Source: Octopus bimaculoides
Lineage: Eukaryota
Reading direction: 5' to 3'
Length of the DNA: 35,592 bases
Assembly: GCF_001194135.2 (NCBI RefSeq)
Contig: NC_069001.1
Location: 37,305,426-37,341,017, forward strand
Position numbers and translations under genes: made by a program. Positions 32,668 to 35,592 of this stretch are shown here, piece after piece. Each line of letters starts with the position of its first letter. The stretch's first letter is position 1. Below the pieces are notes generated by a model that worked only from the letters and a program-made list of their open reading frames with translations, ran no database searches and was not told the origin of the DNA.

Positions 32668-32815
32668 GCCTGCTTTCAGTCCACCATACAAGATTCTGTC
32701 GACATTCCCACGTAAGGTTCTCGATGATCCAGATGCAACCATTGAAGAGTGTGGTCTTGTCCCAACAGCAACACTAGTTCTGGAGCTCGACTCAGCAGTT
32801 AACCCCATATATTAA
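32668..32815 (+). CDS. UBXN11: UBXN11 coding exon 14 (last), UBX C-half
   Basis: R-PAFSPPYKILSTFPRKVLDDPDATIEECGLVPTATLVLELDSAVNPIY*; FPR p97-binding loop; pyrimidine tract plus TGTAG acceptor; TAA at 32813-32815. Confidence 0.94.
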
Positions 32816-32828
32816 TGTGGTTGCTAAG

Positions 32829-32834
32829 AATAAA
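32829..32834 (+). terminator. Candidate polyadenylation signal of UBXN11
   Basis: AATAAA 14 nt after the stop codon. Confidence 0.5.
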
Positions 32835-33347
32835 ACACTTTTCTTGCAATACTTCAATCACACACACNNNNNNNNNNNNNNNNNNNNNNNNNNNNNNNNN
32901 NNNNNNNNNNNNNNNNNNNNNNNNNNNNNNNNNNNNNNNNNNNNNNNNNNNNNNNNNNNNNNNNNNNNNNNNNNNNNNNNNNNNNNNNNNNNNNNNNNNN
33001 NNNNNNNNNNNNNNNNNNNNNNNNNNNNNNNNNNNNNNNNNNNNNNNNNNNNNNNNNNNNNNNNNNNNNNNNNNNNNNNNNNNNNNNNNNNNNNNNNNNN
33101 NNNNNNNNNNNNNNNNNNNNAGAATTCACAAAAAAAAAGATGACGACAGGTGGTATAGACAACATGATATATATATATATATATATATTTGTTTTGCAAG
33201 ATTTTTGATGTGAAATCGTGTGTTGAAACAGATGTTGTTGTACTTGGGGATGGTCATATTGCCAGTTTAGCCAATAAAAACACACGCACTGTATATTTGG
33301 TGTTAATTTGCTTCAGCTTTATATTACATTAATCTTAATCTTATTTC

Positions 33348-33392
33348 GGCCAGAGTTCTTTCGTCACACTTCTGTGACCTCATCAGTGGTCC
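33348..33392 (-). ncRNA. Candidate minimal type I hammerhead ribozyme (Penelope pLTR-like)
   Basis: Minus strand GGACCA-CUGAUGA-G-GUCACA-GAAG-UGUGAC-GAAA-G-AA-CUC-UGGCC: both core boxes, a perfect 6-bp stem II, a 2-bp stem III, a CUC cleavage triplet and a bulged 5-bp stem I. Confidence 0.5.
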
Positions 33393-33476
33393 TTTGTTTC
33401 CTTCTTTCTTATGTGTGTCTCACCTTGCTAACTATCAGCCATTTTGTATTTTGTATTCCTATTGTATGTGTCTACG

Positions 33477-33654
33477 CATGCGTGTCCTTCAATGTGTCTG
33501 TATCACCTATATTCTCTGTTAATACGTGTTCGTATTAAAAAAAAACAAAAAACATACAAATGAACACGTATTAACAGAGAATATAGGTGATACAGACACT
33601 CCCCATACACACATGCACTTACAAAAGACACAGACACATTGAAGGACACGCATG
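33477..33654. repeat. Inverted repeat with an interrupted right arm
   Basis: 33494-33533 pairs with 33560-33599 (39/40); 33477-33501 pairs with 33630-33654 (25/25). Confidence 0.9.
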
Positions 33655-33679
33655 AAGCTATTTATAGAAGGTCTGTGTG

Positions 33680-33880
33680 TGTGTGTGTGTGTATAGACTA
33701 TATGTAGAAATTGCTTTAAAGTGCATACACATTTGTGTGTGTGTATGTATATATGTTCATGTGTGTGTATATAGACTATATAGAAATTGCTTTATAGTGC
33801 TTACACATTTGTATGTATGTATATGTGTGTGTGTATAGACTACATATAGAAATTACTTCAAAATACATACACAGTTGTGT
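33680..33880. repeat. Three tandem copies of a unit of about 45 bp separated by variable (GT/AT)n
   Basis: ATAGACTA..TAGAAATT(G/A)CTT..A.T(G/A)C.TACACA.TTG at about 33692, 33771 and 33835. Confidence 0.8.
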
Positions 33881-33940
33881 GTATGTATATATATATATAT
33901 TTGTGTGTGTGTAATGTCAAGGCTTTATATATATAAAATA

Positions 33941-33986
<46 letters not shown>

Positions 33987-34204
33987 GCAGTGTAATCAAC
34001 TTTATATATAGTTTTGTTTATATATAGAAGTTGTATTTATGTATTTAGTTGTCTAGACTTTATATATACAAGTTTATGCCGAGGAAGCCAAAATATAATC
34101 AGTAATGATGAGAAGATAAATTCTGTGCTGTGTCATCGTTTTATTTCAGTTTAATCAGACTTTAACTNNNNNNNNNNNNNNNNNNNNNNNNGGGGGGGGG
34201 GGAG

Positions 34205-34620
34205 ACAGACAGCATGGCTGTGTAATTAAGAAGTATGATTTACAAGTACATGGGTTTTGGGTTCAGTCCCACTGTGTGACACCTTGGACGAATGTTTTCT
34301 GCTATAACCCCAGGCCGACTAATACCTTCTGATTGAATTTGATAGATGGAAACTGGGTGGAAGCATGTCACATACGTATATAGATATGTGTGCGTGTTTG
34401 TGTATATGTTGTCACCAACCCCCACCCCACCCCCGCCGCCACTACTTGACTGGTGTTGGTTTGTTTATATCCATGTAACTTAGCAGTTTTCCCAAAATGA
34501 TAGATGGGATAAGTACCTGATTTATGAAAAAAAAGTAGTGGAGTTGATTTGTTTGACTAAACAGTTCAAGGCATTGCCCCAGCATGGCCACAGTTCGATG
34601 ACTGAAACAAGTAAAAGATA
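34205..34620 (+). mobile_element. SINE family A, near full length
   Basis: GCATGGCTGTGTAATTAAG...GGGTTCAGTCCCACTG...CCAGCATGGCCACAGTT..ACTGAAACAAGTAAAAGA. Confidence 0.8.
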
Positions 34621-34733
34621 CATGATGAGTTATCATCATCACCAGCATTTAATATCTGTCTTCTCTGTTGGCATAAGTTTGACAGTTCCACAGAATCTGA
34701 TGATCCAGAGGGTTGCATTGATCTTCTGAATCC

Positions 34734-34896
34734 AGGTAAAAAAAAGTCACAGGGGTTTTGACTGGGGGAGTTTTGTCCAAGGGGGTTTTGTCCTAGAGGG
34801 GTTTTGTCTGGATCCCATAAATTAATTGTGACTTTTTTTACCTTGACAAAATTGTAACTTTATAACTGTGATTTCTTTTCCTGTGACTTTATTACC
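34734..34896. mobile_element. Foldback-like DNA transposon remnants with short internal repeats
   Basis: AGGTAAAAAAAAGTCACA (34734-34751) is inverted to TGTGACTTTTTTTACCT (34827-34843); four GGGGTTTTG(T/A)C-like units lie between them. Confidence 0.55.
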
Positions 34897-35430
34897 AACC
34901 ACTCAGCTCCTATGTCTGCTTTGGCATGGGTTTTATGGTTTGTCACCCTCCTTAGTGCCAACCACCTTATAGAGTACCCTGGGTGCTTTTCTCTCGGCAC
35001 CAATACTAGTGGGAATACTAAGTAACAAGAAAATGCTCCTTGACAATGATGGATTCTGTGAGTGTAAAAACTATATAAAAACTGTAGACAGAAATAAAAT
35101 ATGAAACTCCAAGTTTATCATAAATAAACTATTTTCTGACATTACCCTTTCAGATCAAATATTTACAGTCTATATTTTGGTCTAAAGAAATTGCCATACA
35201 GGATACAAAACTTGAATTTCTGGCTGTGATGGTTTGTGTAAGAATGATTGGGCACAAGGGTGGGGTGTTGTTTTTGTGTTTTTGTTGTCATCCACACATT
35301 GAAAATAGCTGGCAGGGGAACAGTTTGCTGACATTCCATTCATTTTTCTGGGTTGAAATTTTCATTTAGATAAACAAACATTTCGTAAATGTAAGGCAGT
35401 CAGTAAATAATGCCAGATAAATATGTTTAT

Positions 35431-35575
35431 AGGTGCTGGCATGACTGTGTGGTAAGAAGTTTCTTTCCCAACCACATGATTCCAGGTTCAGTTCCACTGT
35501 GTGGCACCTTTGGGCTAGTGACTTCTATACATTTCAGCTGTGAGTGGATTCAGTAGACAGAAACTTAATCTCATC
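35431..35575 (+). mobile_element. SINE family A head fragment
   Basis: GGTGCTGGCATGACTGTGTGGTAAGAAG...AGGTTCAGTTCCACTGTGTGGCACC. Confidence 0.7.
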
Positions 35576-35592
35576 ATATATATATATATATA

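Larger units (their letters stand above)
5131..32815 (+). other. UBXN11: UBX domain-containing protein 11 gene span (14 coding exons, CDS 1476 nt, 491 aa)
   Basis: Spliced product MSSPLSSLKRYSKLPLP...EMEDFLYDYGLIWVGE...LYKNGIFLLNGPFRP...EGYFPSELQSTYPEGIPLKV...NIRVKSETG...TIGDLR...STFPRK...GLVPTATL matches remembered vertebrate UBXN11 motifs (MSSPLASL, FLSDYGLQWVGE, SEP, UBX). All junctions are GT-AG and phase-consistent. Confidence 0.95.

Noticed and set aside
35154-35237. Exon-like segment with a good acceptor (CTGAC...CCCTTTCAG) and a GTAAGA donor
   Set aside because: UBXN11 already terminates at 32815, and no frame resembles a known protein; it could be a non-coding exon, but that is unsupported

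Overview
Eukaryotic, AT-rich, microsatellite- and transposon-dense DNA, most likely Octopus. This is inferred from the [11 protein letters not shown]-type C2H2 array, the SINE repertoire and gaps that mostly abut (TA)n runs. Two plus-strand protein-coding genes are supported. (1) A 14-finger C2H2 zinc-finger gene with a single coding exon (327-1598). (2) A complete 14-coding-exon UBXN11 (Socius) orthologue from 5131 to 32815. I assembled it by hand: all introns are GT-AG, phases are consistent, and the CDS is 1476 nt (491 aa; coiled coil, SEP and UBX domains). The ORF track shows only fragments of it. Introns and flanks hold decayed mariner, Tigger, RTE, CR1-like, R4/Dong-like and Penelope fragments, many tRNA-derived SINEs, and several near-perfect inverted repeats (arms of 28-115 bp). 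The best leads are a candidate minimal hammerhead ribozyme at 33348-33392 (minus), a partial tandem duplication of UBXN11 exon 12 that keeps splice phase, a perfect 115-bp intronic foldback, and a Dong-like LINE joined to a (TAA)n tract next to the last-exon acceptor. Limits: no searches were run, family names come from remembered motifs, boundaries of decayed repeats are approximate, and about 2.0 kb is N gaps.
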